A stretch of DNA of 64,000 bases from Oculatellaceae cyanobacterium bins.114 (GCA_033764315.1 JANRJA010000203.1:54385-118384), one strand, 5' to 3'. Positions 31,455-42,076 are shown, numbered from the stretch's first letter. Program-made: numbers and translations. The notes: generated from the sequence alone by a model not told the origin.

Positions 31455-32303
31455 TTACAGCGATCGCACCCCGTGAGCCAAGCCCTGACAAATGCCCGTC
31501 ATAAAATCGAGATCTAGTGTCTCCAGGCGATCGCTGATTTTGTGATAGTGAGGGTTTCGCATAAACGCCGTGTCTGTCACCATTAGTGCTCGATACCCCT
31601 GATCCCAAAAGGGGGCATGATCGCTCTGACGGGTGGCAGGAACTAGAGTCCCTCGCTGACCAGCAGGCAGCCACTGACAAGGCACCTTGCCAACTCGACG
31701 GATACTGCGGCTGAGTCGCATTAAATCGGGGATCGTTTGCCAATTGCCAACCAATGCAATGAAATCGCCTCGATTAGGATAGAAGTATTGCAGCCCCGTT
31801 GGATAACGTTGTGAACCGGGAGTGCGATCGCGATAGCCCAGCATTTCGAGTGAGAGCATGAGCCTCAGGGATTGCCCTTGCTGACCTAGCTGCATCGCAT
31901 AAGCCTGACTGCCGAGCAATCCGCTTTCTTCTAAATCAAATGCAACCAACTGCACGGGATATCGGGCAGGTTCAATTGTCAACAGGCGCGCCAGTTCTAA
32001 CAGGGCTGCCACTCCACTGGCATTGTCATCCGCTCCGAGTGAGCCAGGAACAGCATCATAATGTGCCCCAATCAAGATCAGTGATTGAGGGGATGACTGG
32101 GTAGCTCGCCCTGGCAAATTTAAAACCCAGTTGCGATGCACTCGTCCCACCCTAGTGAATTCGTAGGAGGTCACCTCGCCCCATTGCCCAAACTGTTGCT
32201 GAATATAGCTCTGCACATAAAAGTGTCCTTCAGTTGCCAGATAAGGGTCGCGATCGCGCACGAGATGGGTCAAGTGGGTGAGTAAATTGTCTCGCAGACT
32301 CAT
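31455..32303 (-). CDS. M28 family peptidase
   Basis: IGAHYD, GADDNASG, FDLEE and SDHAPFW motifs. Confidence 0.92.
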   Translation of the reverse strand: MSLRDNLLTHLTHLVRDRDPYLATEGHFYVQSYIQQQFGQWGEVTSYEFTRVGRVHRNWVLNLPGRATQSSPQSLILIGAHYDAVPGSLGADDNASGVAALLELARLLTIEPARYPVQLVAFDLEESGLLGSQAYAMQLGQQGQSLRLMLSLEMLGYRDRTPGSQRYPTGLQYFYPNRGDFIALVGNWQTIPDLMRLSRSIRRVGKVPCQWLPAGQRGTLVPATRQSDHAPFWDQGYRALMVTDTAFMRNPHYHKISDRLETLDLDFMTGICQGLAHGVRSL

Positions 32304-32434
32304 ACAGGGTTATTGTGGTCGTAGCATTTTGGATTTTAGATTGGGGATTGTAAAACCAGCAGAAAACAATGTCCAGTGATGTTATTAGGACAGGCTCCAG
32401 TCCAAAATCATAAATTGTAAATCTAAAATCTCGT

Positions 32435-33028
32435 ATGGCTGACTCCTCTACATTGACTACATTGGCACATTGGCTGGTTGGAGAATTTGACAACCAACTC
32501 CAGGCCCGAGAAAATCCGGCTTGGTTTGTCCATCTCAGGATGTGGCAACGTCCCTTAGCGCAACGAATTCAAGGAAACTTAGCCATCTTTGCCGAACAAG
32601 CCAATGCTCTCTATCTCGATCAGCCTTATCGACAGCGGGTGCTCATGCTTCAAGAACCAGAGCCAGGAGTGATTCAGGCACAGTATTGGGCACTCAAACA
32701 ACCGGACTCATTTCGAGGAGCCGGAGCCAATGTAACCGTGTTGAGTCAGTTAAGCCACTCAGATTTAGAAAGCCTGCCCGGATGTGTGCTCACGATTACC
32801 CACCAGAGCGATCGCTTTGAGGCACAACCGCCCCCTGATGCCCGCTGTTATTTTCAATATGACGGTCAAACGCGACAGGTTGTCTTGGGCTTTCAAGTGA
32901 GTGCTGAGCAGTTTTGGAGCTATGACCGAGGGGTTGATCCTGAGACAGGGCAGGGATTATGGGGAGCGTTAATGGGACCCTATGAGTTTCGTAAACGCCA
33001 CAGTTTTGCGGCAGAGTTGCCAATCTAA
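32435..33028 (+). CDS. cpcT: Phycobiliprotein chromophore lyase, CpcT/CpeT family
   Basis: GEFDNQLQA..PAWFVH, EQA..PYRQR and SYDRG..WG..GPYEF motifs. Confidence 0.88.
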   Translation: MADSSTLTTLAHWLVGEFDNQLQARENPAWFVHLRMWQRPLAQRIQGNLAIFAEQANALYLDQPYRQRVLMLQEPEPGVIQAQYWALKQPDSFRGAGANVTVLSQLSHSDLESLPGCVLTITHQSDRFEAQPPPDARCYFQYDGQTRQVVLGFQVSAEQFWSYDRGVDPETGQGLWGALMGPYEFRKRHSFAAELPI

Positions 33029-33044
33029 TTGAGAGCAGGTTCCT

Positions 33045-34187
33045 CTAATGGGGCTGCTGGCTCGGTAGTTCTACAACAAAAGTGCTGCCGTTGCCAACCT
33101 CCGATTGAATGTCAATTTTGCCCTGGTGAGCTTTAATGATTTGACTGGAGAGGTGCAACCCTAAGCCACTGCCCGATCGCTTGTGATTGCCATGACGAAA
33201 CGGCTCAAACAGAAATGCTCGATACTCAGGCGCAACCCCAGGCCCTGTATCTTGAACTTCAATTTTGACCCAATTCGAGTTGCTGCCTGACGATTTGGGC
33301 ACTGTGCTCAGGCGGACTTCAACAAAGCCATTGTCAGTAAATTTAATAGCGTTGCCCACCAGATTCATCAACACTCGTCGCAACTCCAGGCGATCGCCCA
33401 TCAACTCAATCGGGGAGATATGCTCAAGATTAGTGCGTAACTCTAACCCTTTGTCGATCGCCAGAGGCGTCAAAGATTGCAAGACTTCGAGCAACAGCTC
33501 TCGCATATCAATAGCCGTAAATGCCAAAGTCTTTTTGCCCGCTTCGTAGCAATAAACCTCCAAAAGAGCGTTGACCATCTCTAACAGGTTTTGATTACTG
33601 CGACTCATGATCGCCATTGCTTCGTTTAACTCAGGCGACAGATCACCCAACGCACCCTGTTGAATCAAAGACAGCATCCGATCGGCAGCAACCAGCGGAG
33701 TTCGCAAGTCATGGGTGAGACGAGAGACAAAATCTTCTCGCTGACGGGCAATTTGATCCCGTTCATCGACACTGTGTTTCAGCTTGAGCAGCGATCGCAC
33801 CCGGGCCAACAACTCTTCAAATTCGATGGGCTTGCGAATGAAATCCTCAGCCCCAGTGTCTAAACCCTGGGCAGCTCTTGGTTTATCGTGAGCTGTGATT
33901 AACAGAATTGGAATAAACGGCAAGCTTTTGTTTTCACGAATCCGACGAGTCACCTCAAACCCATCCATTCCAGGCATCATGACATCTAGAAGAACCAGAT
34001 CAGGAGAGGTTTTTTCGACCAACGCCAATGCATCTTTGCCGTTGTCTACAATATCAATCTGATAACCCTCTTCCTTTAAAATCGCCTGAATCAAATATGA
34101 ATTATCGGGAGCATCATCCACGACTAGAATGCGATCAGGTCTTTTTGAACTATTTAATGGAAAAGACTGATTTGTAAAACTAAGCAT
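33045..34187 (-). CDS. Hybrid receiver-histidine kinase
   Basis: ILVVDD, LLDVMMP, KP, THDLRTPL, NAIKFT and GSGLGL motifs. Confidence 0.94.
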   Translation of the reverse strand: MLSFTNQSFPLNSSKRPDRILVVDDAPDNSYLIQAILKEEGYQIDIVDNGKDALALVEKTSPDLVLLDVMMPGMDGFEVTRRIRENKSLPFIPILLITAHDKPRAAQGLDTGAEDFIRKPIEFEELLARVRSLLKLKHSVDERDQIARQREDFVSRLTHDLRTPLVAADRMLSLIQQGALGDLSPELNEAMAIMSRSNQNLLEMVNALLEVYCYEAGKKTLAFTAIDMRELLLEVLQSLTPLAIDKGLELRTNLEHISPIELMGDRLELRRVLMNLVGNAIKFTDNGFVEVRLSTVPKSSGSNSNWVKIEVQDTGPGVAPEYRAFLFEPFRHGNHKRSGSGLGLHLSSQIIKAHQGKIDIQSEVGNGSTFVVELPSQQPH

Positions 34188-34315
34188 TTGTATAAAGAGG
34201 GAATCGAAATTAAGGTTCGTTTTGTAAAAGCAGGATTTGAAAGTGATTGTCTCATCCCAGAGATGTTTTATACCTCAACCGAATGAGAGATTTTAATGCA
34301 GGGCGCAATGGAGTG

Positions 34316-35362
34316 ATGAACTGGATTAACAATGCCCCTCGATGGTTGGCATGGGGAATGGCACTACCCATTTTTGTCTTGAATGGCTGGCTTATTTTAC
34401 TACTGCTAGAGTATTTTCGATCGCCTGTCACCATTTTTATCAGTGCCACTATTCTGTCTTTTATCCTCGATTATCCAGTGCGCTGGCTACAACGTCGAAA
34501 TGCACCCCGGTTGCAAGCGATTTTTCTGGTTGTCTTTGTAGTCTTATCGATTCTGTTTATTTTGGCAGTCACAATTGTGCCGATTTTGATTGCCCAGTTA
34601 GATGATTTGATTACCCGGTTACCTGGTTGGCTAGAAACCGGCAGTCAACGATTAGAAGCGGTTCAAAGTTGGGCGATCGCCCGTCGTTTGCCCGTTGATC
34701 TGAGCCAAGTCATGCTACGGTTTCAAGACGATTTGTCCAATCAAGTGCAGATTTTTAGCAGCCAAATTTTGTCTTTTGGGTTAGGGCTGGTGGGGAGTGT
34801 CTTTGAGCTGACCCTGACGATGGTGGTGACATTTTACATGCTGCTCTATGGCGATCGCTTTTGGCAGGGTTGGTTTCAATGGCTGCCTCCCCATCTCAAT
34901 CTCAAACTGCGACGTTCCCTTCGCCGTAATTTTCATAACTACTTTATTGGGCAAGCCACCCTGGCATCATTGATGGCAGTTTTCATCACAGTTGCTTTTT
35001 TGATTCTTAAAGTACCTTTTGGTTTGTTATTTGGGTTGGCGATCGGAGTCATGACTCTCTTACCCTTTGGAGCCGTGTTTAGCATCTGGCTCGTCAGTTT
35101 TTTGATTGGCTTAAACAGTTTATGGTTAGGAGTAAAAGTGTTATTTGTGGCGTTGTTAATTGATCAAAGTATTGAAAGTGGCATTGCCCCACGTTTGTTG
35201 GGACGTTTCACTGGACTCAACCCAGTATGGGTGTTGATTGCCTTAATCTTAGGCGTCAGAATTGGTGGATTGTTAGGCTTATTGATTGCCGTCCCCACCG
35301 CCAGTTTTATCAAAAGCATCATTGATATGTTCAGTACTCCAGCCACTGACTCTCCTATTTAA
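34316..35362 (+). CDS. AI-2E family transporter
   Basis: Multi-TM protein; APRLLGRFTGLNPVWV..GGLLGLLIAVP; start uncertain. Confidence 0.9.
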   Translation: MNWINNAPRWLAWGMALPIFVLNGWLILLLLEYFRSPVTIFISATILSFILDYPVRWLQRRNAPRLQAIFLVVFVVLSILFILAVTIVPILIAQLDDLITRLPGWLETGSQRLEAVQSWAIARRLPVDLSQVMLRFQDDLSNQVQIFSSQILSFGLGLVGSVFELTLTMVVTFYMLLYGDRFWQGWFQWLPPHLNLKLRRSLRRNFHNYFIGQATLASLMAVFITVAFLILKVPFGLLFGLAIGVMTLLPFGAVFSIWLVSFLIGLNSLWLGVKVLFVALLIDQSIESGIAPRLLGRFTGLNPVWVLIALILGVRIGGLLGLLIAVPTASFIKSIIDMFSTPATDSPI

Positions 35363-35453
35363 GCAACCCTGATTTAAGCAACTCTGAAGCCTCTAAACGA
35401 TCGCAGAGGCAAAACTTTTAGAAAGCAATCTCTTGCTCACTTCAACCCACATC

Positions 35454-35546
35454 TAAGTAGGTAGCCCTAATTAAACTGTGTTATAAAAACCGGGGGAACG
35501 CCCCTCCGGGGCGTTCCCCCGGTTTTTAATTACGACCATCTACTTA
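35454..35546. mobile_element. TA-bounded MITE-like element with a perfect 21-bp hairpin
   Basis: TIR TAAGTAG / CTACTTA; internal TAAAAACCGGGGGAACGCCCC-TCC-GGGGCGTTCCCCCGGTTTTTA. Confidence 0.7.
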
Positions 35547-35575
35547 CCTTGTCCCTTATTCTCAAGTCTTTTCCC

Positions 35576-36970
35576 ATGCTGCAATCCGTTTCTCATTCCA
35601 CAAGCGATCGCCTGTCTAGCCTGCTTCACGACCAGCGACAGTTTTTTGCCACCGGAGCAACCAAAAACATTGAGTTTCGTATGGCTCAGCTCAAAGCCCT
35701 CCGGCAAGCGATTCAAACCTATCAAGATGCGATTTTGGCAGCCCTCAAAGCCGATCTGCATAAATCTACATTTGAGGCGTATGTTGCAGAAGTCGGCGTC
35801 GTGAAAGACATTGATTATGCACTCAAACATTTGCGAGCGTGGGTTAAGCCAACGTCAGTACCCGTAGGGTTGATGCAAGCTCCTGGTCGTGCCCGCATTC
35901 AAGCGGAACCCGTGGGAACAGTGTTGATCATTGGTCCCTGGAACTACCCCATTCAACTCATGTTGTCGCCCTTAATTGGGGCGATCGCCGCTGGCAACTG
36001 TGCTGTGTTAAAGCCCTCTGAATTGGCTCCTGAAAGCTCTAGAGTGATCGCTGAGTTGATCAGCAAAACGTTTGAGCCACAGTACATCACTGTTATTGAA
36101 GGGGGCGTTGAAGCCAGTCAAGCTCTATTAGCCGAGAAGTTTGATCACATCTTTTTCACCGGAGGAACAGCGATCGGCAAGATTGTCATGGCCGCTGCTG
36201 CCCAACACCTTACCCCAGTTACCCTCGAACTGGGTGGCAAAAGCCCTTGTATTGTAGATGCTGATATTGATGTTGACATGACGACTCGACGCATCGCTTG
36301 GGGCAAATTTATGAATGCTGGGCAGTCTTGCATTGCCCCCGACTATCTGTTGGTACAACGTCGCATTAAACCGCTGCTATTACAGGCACTCGAAGCAGCG
36401 ATTTATCAGTTTTATGGTGATGACCCCGCTCAAAGTGACGACTATGGCAGAGTGATTAGCGACAAACACACACAGCGGTTGTCATCTCTCTTGTCGAGTG
36501 GACGCATTTTATTAGGAGGACAAACCGATTTAGGCGATCGCTACATTGCCCCCACTGTGATGGATCAGGTCTCCCCCGATAGCCCGATCATGCAAGATGA
36601 GATTTTTGGTCCGATTTTGCCTGTCTTGGAATATGACGATTTAGACGAGGCGATCGCCTTTGTTAACAATCGCCCCAAACCTTTAGCACTCTACATCTTC
36701 TCCAAAAACAAAGCCATTCAGCAACGAGTTCTAAATGCCACGTCCTCTGGCGGAGCCTGCGTCAATGACACCTTTTTGCAAGTTGGTGTACCGGGTTTGC
36801 CCTTTGGCGGAGTCGGCGACAGCGGCATCGGCAGCTATCATGGCAAAGCCAGCTTCGATACATTTTCTCACTTCAAAAGCGTTCTCTACAAACCCTTCTG
36901 GCTAGATTTCAAGATACGCTATGCCCCTTATCAAGACAAGTTAGAGATGTTGAAAAAGTTTATTCGGTAA
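35576..36970 (+). CDS. Aldehyde dehydrogenase (ALDH3-like, fatty aldehyde)
   Basis: PWNYP, FTGG, LELGGKSP, NAGQSCIAPD and EIFGP motifs. Confidence 0.95.
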   Translation: MLQSVSHSTSDRLSSLLHDQRQFFATGATKNIEFRMAQLKALRQAIQTYQDAILAALKADLHKSTFEAYVAEVGVVKDIDYALKHLRAWVKPTSVPVGLMQAPGRARIQAEPVGTVLIIGPWNYPIQLMLSPLIGAIAAGNCAVLKPSELAPESSRVIAELISKTFEPQYITVIEGGVEASQALLAEKFDHIFFTGGTAIGKIVMAAAAQHLTPVTLELGGKSPCIVDADIDVDMTTRRIAWGKFMNAGQSCIAPDYLLVQRRIKPLLLQALEAAIYQFYGDDPAQSDDYGRVISDKHTQRLSSLLSSGRILLGGQTDLGDRYIAPTVMDQVSPDSPIMQDEIFGPILPVLEYDDLDEAIAFVNNRPKPLALYIFSKNKAIQQRVLNATSSGGACVNDTFLQVGVPGLPFGGVGDSGIGSYHGKASFDTFSHFKSVLYKPFWLDFKIRYAPYQDKLEMLKKFIR

Positions 36971-36981
36971 ACAGTGGGAAT

Positions 36982-37140
36982 GGGTGCATCTGATGGTCGA
37001 GGGAGTGGCGGTTGAAACCGCACCTACCAGAACAAACTTGCCTCCGCAGGTTCAAAACCCTCAGTCCGCGTAGGCGGACTTTGTTCCCATAGCCGTGAAT
37101 TCATTCGCCGGGTTCAGTCTCTCAACGACTAGATGCGCCC
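36982..37140. mobile_element. MITE-like element carrying the family B core inside different ends
   Basis: TIR GGGTGCATCT / AGATGCGCCC; flanking AGTGGGAAT / AGTGGAAAT; core is the reverse complement of the 31280/42125 core. Confidence 0.7.
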
Positions 37141-37251
37141 AGTGGAAATGTAACTCGCCTGCGATCGCCAACTGGGGTCAGAGCGTAGCAAGTAGAGGAT
37201 AGGAATTGGAATAACCCACAACCATCACGCACTCAGCACGCTCTCGCCCGA

Positions 37252-37842
37252 TCAGCTATACCGCTCCTCTGCCCACGGTTCACCCCGATGGTGATAGCCA
37301 TTCCGTTCCCAAAAGCCCAACTCAGTGCGATCGAGAAACTCTAAGCCATTGATCCACTTGGCACTCTTCCAGGCATAGAGGTGAGGCACCACCAATCGCA
37401 TCGGTCCACCATGCTCAGACGGCAGCGGTTCACCAAACAAGGTGTGGGCAAAAAAGTTTTCTTCGCGCAGAAAATCAGCCAACGCAATATTGGTTGTGTA
37501 CCCACCGTAACAGTGCTCCATGATGTGAACAGCTTTGGGATCAACTTCCAGATGTTTCATAAAGTCCATCACCTTCACCCCTGTCCACTGCACATCCAGC
37601 TTTGACCAGGTTGTGACACAGTGAAAATCAGCTGTGAAGTCACTCTGAGGCATCTCCATAAAATCAGACCAACTAAAGGTCTTCTCACTGGCCAATCCCC
37701 ACACTTTAAACTGCCAGTTTTCAGTGCTAACGGTTGGAGTCTGTCCATAAGTCAACACGGGAAAGCCTTTGGCTAAATGTTGACCGGGTGGAACGCGATT
37801 TTGTTCGTCTGCTGTCGGCTTATGAAAAAATTTTCCCAGCAT
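37252..37842 (-). CDS. Sulfite oxidase-like molybdopterin oxidoreductase
   Basis: RVPPGQH, DFHCVTTWS, HGGPMRL..YAWKSAKW and GFWERNGYH motifs. Confidence 0.92.
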   Translation of the reverse strand: MLGKFFHKPTADEQNRVPPGQHLAKGFPVLTYGQTPTVSTENWQFKVWGLASEKTFSWSDFMEMPQSDFTADFHCVTTWSKLDVQWTGVKVMDFMKHLEVDPKAVHIMEHCYGGYTTNIALADFLREENFFAHTLFGEPLPSEHGGPMRLVVPHLYAWKSAKWINGLEFLDRTELGFWERNGYHHRGEPWAEERYS

Positions 37843-37946
37843 AACGTCAAGGGTTGAAGAATAAGGTTTGCCAGATGTCACAAGATTATCAGCTTGTCGT
37901 AGAGACATCTATCTACTGTGTAGCAGAAATGCAAGAAACCTAAATT

Positions 37947-37972
37947 AAAAAACAGGGCATGATTTGCCCTGT
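37947..37972 (-). terminator. Terminator downstream of rpmF
   Basis: ACAGGGCA..TGCCCTGT stem followed by a T-run on the minus strand. Confidence 0.55.
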
Positions 37973-38033
37973 CGGTGAAGTTGATTTTAGAAGAAGAATG
38001 AAAGCAGGATGGCGAAAAAAACATCCTACGGCG

Positions 38034-38207
38034 TTACTCTTCTTCCTCTTCATCCTCTTGAGGATAAACAAAGCTAGTGGAACGTCCTGTTAATACAGAT
38101 TTGCCTAAAGACAATGCTCGCTGAGCTTGAAGGGCTGCTTTCCGCCGCCAAGTCGCCTTCCGTTTGTCTCGCTTTGAATTTGATGTTTTCTTCTTAGGAG
38201 TCGCCAT
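38034..38207 (-). CDS. rpmF: 50S ribosomal protein L32
   Basis: Hand translation: [57 protein letters not shown] (57 aa, absent from the ORF track). Confidence 0.95.
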   Translation of the reverse strand: MATPKKKTSNSKRDKRKATWRRKAALQAQRALSLGKSVLTGRSTSFVYPQEDEEEEE

Positions 38208-38546
38208 GACTGCACACGCCAGTTTTCTACAACCTTTCCATATTAATCGATCTTGAAGCGACTGATCCCATTTCTAGAAATTTGGCTGTGCATCAATATC
38301 CCTCCGCGAAACGCCCTTATCGCTGATCTGTGACTATTTGAGTTGGTGATCATGATGGGTTGAATGGGTCTGAGACTAGAAAATTTAAACTTTAGGGCGA
38401 GAGGAACGAACAGTGGAAAAAACAGAACGCAAAGGAATACAGGCTACAGTCCTGCTTTAAAACTATCGCGTACACACCAGTCCTCTCAGCCCCTAAATCT
38501 CCTAACTTTAGGAGACTTTGAGCCGTTGCCAAGGGTCTTGCCCTCG

Positions 38547-38644
38547 CCAGAAACACCCGGACTTGGCACCGATGCGAAGCGCATCTTTTGGGTGAATCGA
38601 AATACCGTCTGCTAGGAGGTTTGGAGGAGACTCCCCAATGCCTG
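38547..38644. repeat. Dispersed repeat, family C (copy 1)
   Basis: Colinear with 61756-61888 (CACCCG-ACTTGG-ACCGATGCGAAGCGC...TCTGCTAGG-GGTTTGG..CCCCAATGCCTG). Confidence 0.75.
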
Positions 38645-38859
38645 TCTTTAAACGCTTGCAACAACCCTGCACCTCATTTAGAAGGAAACAGAGATCTGTG
38701 TACACGGTGGGCTTTAAAGAGGGAATTTAGGGATCGAAACCTGCATTTATAAATTAACCCGATGTGCGACTATTTCAGATCCCCGGTTTCTAGAGATGTA
38801 ACGGGGCACCTTTCAGCCCGTTCCAACGAGAAATCGGGGCTCTAAACCCCTAAACTGCT

Positions 38860-39555
38860 TTAACGCAAGATAGATCGAGGCAAGCCCAATTGCCCACTCG
38901 GTGCAGCAGGCAAATCAAGGCGAACGGGGTTGCTATCGGTTGCCTCAGGGGGAGATATGACAGGTTCGTTGGTGATTGATGTAGTCGGCGCAGGGGTAGT
39001 TTGGGTGGGCTGAGGTGCAGTGACAGCCGCAGGAGGAACAGCAGTAGCCGTCGGTGGCATGACAGTCGCAGGAATGGTGCCATCGAGCCGCAATAAGGCT
39101 CTTGCACTCAGGAAGTAAGTTGCCCAACGCCGTGCATCAGGGCGGCTATTCCACTGATCACGGTTAACTTCTAACGAAAGCAGTGGAGCGATCGCTCCCC
39201 CACTTTGCCCCATGACCGTGATTGCCACTTCAGTCACTCCTCGATCACGACTAAAGCTGCGTTGAGCTACAGTTCTAGCGGCGGCTTCTGCTCTGCGAAT
39301 GATCGTGTCATAGCTCTCTCCAGATTCGTGTTCTAGGGCGATCGCCACTCGATAAGGATAGGCTTGAGCCACTTGAGGTATGGCAGCGGCGATCGCCACC
39401 CAAGCCCCTAATATCGTTCCACACAGGGCAGTCAAGCTCAAAGATGTCAATTGACTGAAAAGATGGCGTTGACCTGTAATAACTTTCACACCCATAGCAA
39501 CTGTCATAATCACTCTCCTCTTAGGTAGTGCTAGGTAAATAAGGCTTGCAATCAT
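38860..39555 (-). CDS. Conserved cyanobacterial hypothetical exported protein with Pro/Thr-rich tail
   Basis: Signal-like segment; RRAEAAAR..F..V..IAPLLSLEV..W core; start uncertain. Confidence 0.7.
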   Translation of the reverse strand: MIASLIYLALPKRRVIMTVAMGVKVITGQRHLFSQLTSLSLTALCGTILGAWVAIAAAIPQVAQAYPYRVAIALEHESGESYDTIIRRAEAAARTVAQRSFSRDRGVTEVAITVMGQSGGAIAPLLSLEVNRDQWNSRPDARRWATYFLSARALLRLDGTIPATVMPPTATAVPPAAVTAPQPTQTTPAPTTSITNEPVISPPEATDSNPVRLDLPAAPSGQLGLPRSILR

Positions 39556-40207
39556 TTCAAAATTAGAGCGGCTCTGAAAATATTATTTTTATAATTTGGC
39601 AGGGGTGACAGGGTTGTTTTTTTAGCACTGTCATCAGACGGTTATCACGGTCTGGAATAGAATTTCAAAACTCAGCGATCGCAGCTTAAATCATGGCATC
39701 AGATGAAAGAATCGTAGAACAATTTGATCCGTTCATTCTTATGTTGCCCATCCCCGATTGTAGATAGATATATCAAATCCTAAAAACAGACTCAATCTAA
39801 ATGGCAATATACTCCCTGGAATCAAGTTTGTAATCTTGAATGAGCGATCGCACAATGCCAAAACAGACGACATTGGGTTTACTCTAAAAGTCGCTCTATC
39901 GTATTTTCTATTGCACTGTAATACATCCTCAGTGATTGAGGAACTAAGTGCAATTGAAATCAATCTAAACTATATTTCTGGCATGAAGATCTTTACTGAA
40001 ATCAATCCCGACAACTGAGTGTTTGGGGTTTGTGCGAAAAGTTAGGTCACATTCAAGGAGAAATGAGAAAAAAATTAGCTTAGGAATATTGCTGATTAGA
40101 ATTAATTAAGAGATACTGTTTGGTTGAGCTATTCACTTCGTAAGTAGGTGATTGATGAGATCCTATGGGCACCCTACTGAAATAATCGTGATTTTGGGGC
40201 ATCTGGA

Positions 40208-42076
40208 ATGACAACTTACTGGGCGATCGCAATTGGTATCAATCAGTATCGATGCTTCCAACCGTTAATGTATGCTCAACGGGACGCTCAGGCGTTGTGG
40301 AGTTATTGGGCAAGCGAGGGGCACTTTCCACCCGAACAATGTCTGCTTTTAACTGACGCCTCTGTAACGATCGATCAATCGACGCACGAACCCGATCGAG
40401 ACACCATTGAAAACACCATTGACTTTGTTTGTCAGCAATTGCAACCCGACGACGTGTTTTGGTGTTTCTTTAGCGGCTATGGGGTGCGCTTTCAAGGGCG
40501 CGATTATCTCATGCCGATTGATGGCGATCCGCGTCAAGTGCCTATCACGGGCATTCCCATAGAGTCACTGTTCGCCACATTGCGGACGGCTCCTAGCAAA
40601 AACATTGTGCTGGTGTTAGACATCAACCGCAGTCAGGGAGTTTTAGACGGTGAAGGAGTGGGGCATGAAGCCATAGCACTGGCCAATCAATTTGGCATTC
40701 CTTTGTTGCTCTCTTGCCCACCCCACCAGTTTTCTCACGAGACGTTAGCCCTGCGCCAGGGTTTGTTTACAGCGGCTCTGTTAGAAGGACTGCGGTTTCA
40801 AGGTTGCGCCACGATGGGGCAGTTAGCCCACTACGTCAGCGATCGCCTCCCCGAACTCAGCGAACACCATTGCCGACCTCGACAAGATTCAGTAGCGATC
40901 GTGCCTGCGGCTAAACAACATCTGCTCTTGGTGCCAGAACAAGCTCTGGTGATGGCAGGGGTGGCTTATTCTGCAAACCCATCCCCCACACAAACTCAAG
41001 GTGGAGTTCCCAGAGAAGGGGTCTTAGACTACAAGACTTATCCCAATGGCAGTGGCGGAGGAACAGCACCCATCCTCAACACTCCTTACCCCAATGGCAA
41101 TGGGTTGGGAAATGGCAATTCCAATCCATCCGGAGCACCCGTAACATTAGACCCAGTAGCCGAGACATCACCCTCTGATGAAACAGACACACTGTTTTGG
41201 AAACGGTGGCGGCCCTGGGTGATCGGGGCGATCGCTCTGCTGATTCTCGCGGTGTTGCTGCAAAATCGCAATACGTTGAGCAATGACCCTCTGCCAGAAC
41301 CATCGCCAACCTCGTCTGTTGTTCCTAGCCCCAGTGCAACTACCTCTGACACAACAAATCCTGCTCTGCCCAACGGCTCCAATTTAACAGCTCAAACCTT
41401 CAATCCACCGGGCACCCCTTCTGACCCAGTCGCACCCACTGAGAACCCTGACTCAAACCAGATTGACGCATCGCCTCAACCAGACCCCATGACCGCAGAG
41501 GGGGTCGCCCCTGCACCTGAAGGTGTGACCATTCCCCCTGATCCGGTTGCGACGATCGCTCCTACCCAAAACACAGCGTTACAACAAACCAACCAGGCAT
41601 TATTGCTTCAGGCACGCGCCTCACTGAGCCGTCCTAGAGCGTTGAGTGCGACCAATCAAGCCTCTGACTTTAGCACTGCCATTCAAATTGCGAGTCGCAT
41701 CAAGCCAGGAGAGCCGTTTTATCCTGAGGCGCAGCAAGACATCGATCGCTGGAGCCAGATTATTTTGGAGTTAGCCAAAAGTAGAGCCAGTCAACCCAAT
41801 CAAGGGTCTGCGCTGATCGCGGCTCAAAACTATAGTGCTGCCATTCGAGCAGCGGGATTGGTGCCTGCTAGCCGGACTCAACTTCACGCCACCGCTCAGC
41901 AATATATGGCTCAGTGGAGCCAGGGGATGATGAACCTAGCCAATGCCCGTGCCAGGGAGGGACGACTCGACGTGGCCATCCGAACAGCGCAACTGGTTCC
42001 CAACAATGCACCCAGTTACACCGCCGCAACACAGGCGATCGCCGAGTGGCGGGCGCAACTAGGATATTACCAATAA
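40208..42076 (+). CDS. Caspase-like (peptidase C14) membrane protein, pseudo-orthocaspase
   Basis: WAIAIGINQY..YAQRDA; FFSGYG and VLDINRS replace SGHG and DAC; central TM segment. Confidence 0.88.
   Translation: MTTYWAIAIGINQYRCFQPLMYAQRDAQALWSYWASEGHFPPEQCLLLTDASVTIDQSTHEPDRDTIENTIDFVCQQLQPDDVFWCFFSGYGVRFQGRDYLMPIDGDPRQVPITGIPIESLFATLRTAPSKNIVLVLDINRSQGVLDGEGVGHEAIALANQFGIPLLLSCPPHQFSHETLALRQGLFTAALLEGLRFQGCATMGQLAHYVSDRLPELSEHHCRPRQDSVAIVPAAKQHLLLVPEQALVMAGVAYSANPSPTQTQGGVPREGVLDYKTYPNGSGGGTAPILNTPYPNGNGLGNGNSNPSGAPVTLDPVAETSPSDETDTLFWKRWRPWVIGAIALLILAVLLQNRNTLSNDPLPEPSPTSSVVPSPSATTSDTTNPALPNGSNLTAQTFNPPGTPSDPVAPTENPDSNQIDASPQPDPMTAEGVAPAPEGVTIPPDPVATIAPTQNTALQQTNQALLLQARASLSRPRALSATNQASDFSTAIQIASRIKPGEPFYPEAQQDIDRWSQIILELAKSRASQPNQGSALIAAQNYSAAIRAAGLVPASRTQLHATAQQYMAQWSQGMMNLANARAREGRLDVAIRTAQLVPNNAPSYTAATQAIAEWRAQLGYYQ

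Noticed and set aside
38364..38705. Overlapping short ORFs upstream of rpmF, and similar ones at 61700-61939
   Set aside because: They are translations of repeat family C, not genes.
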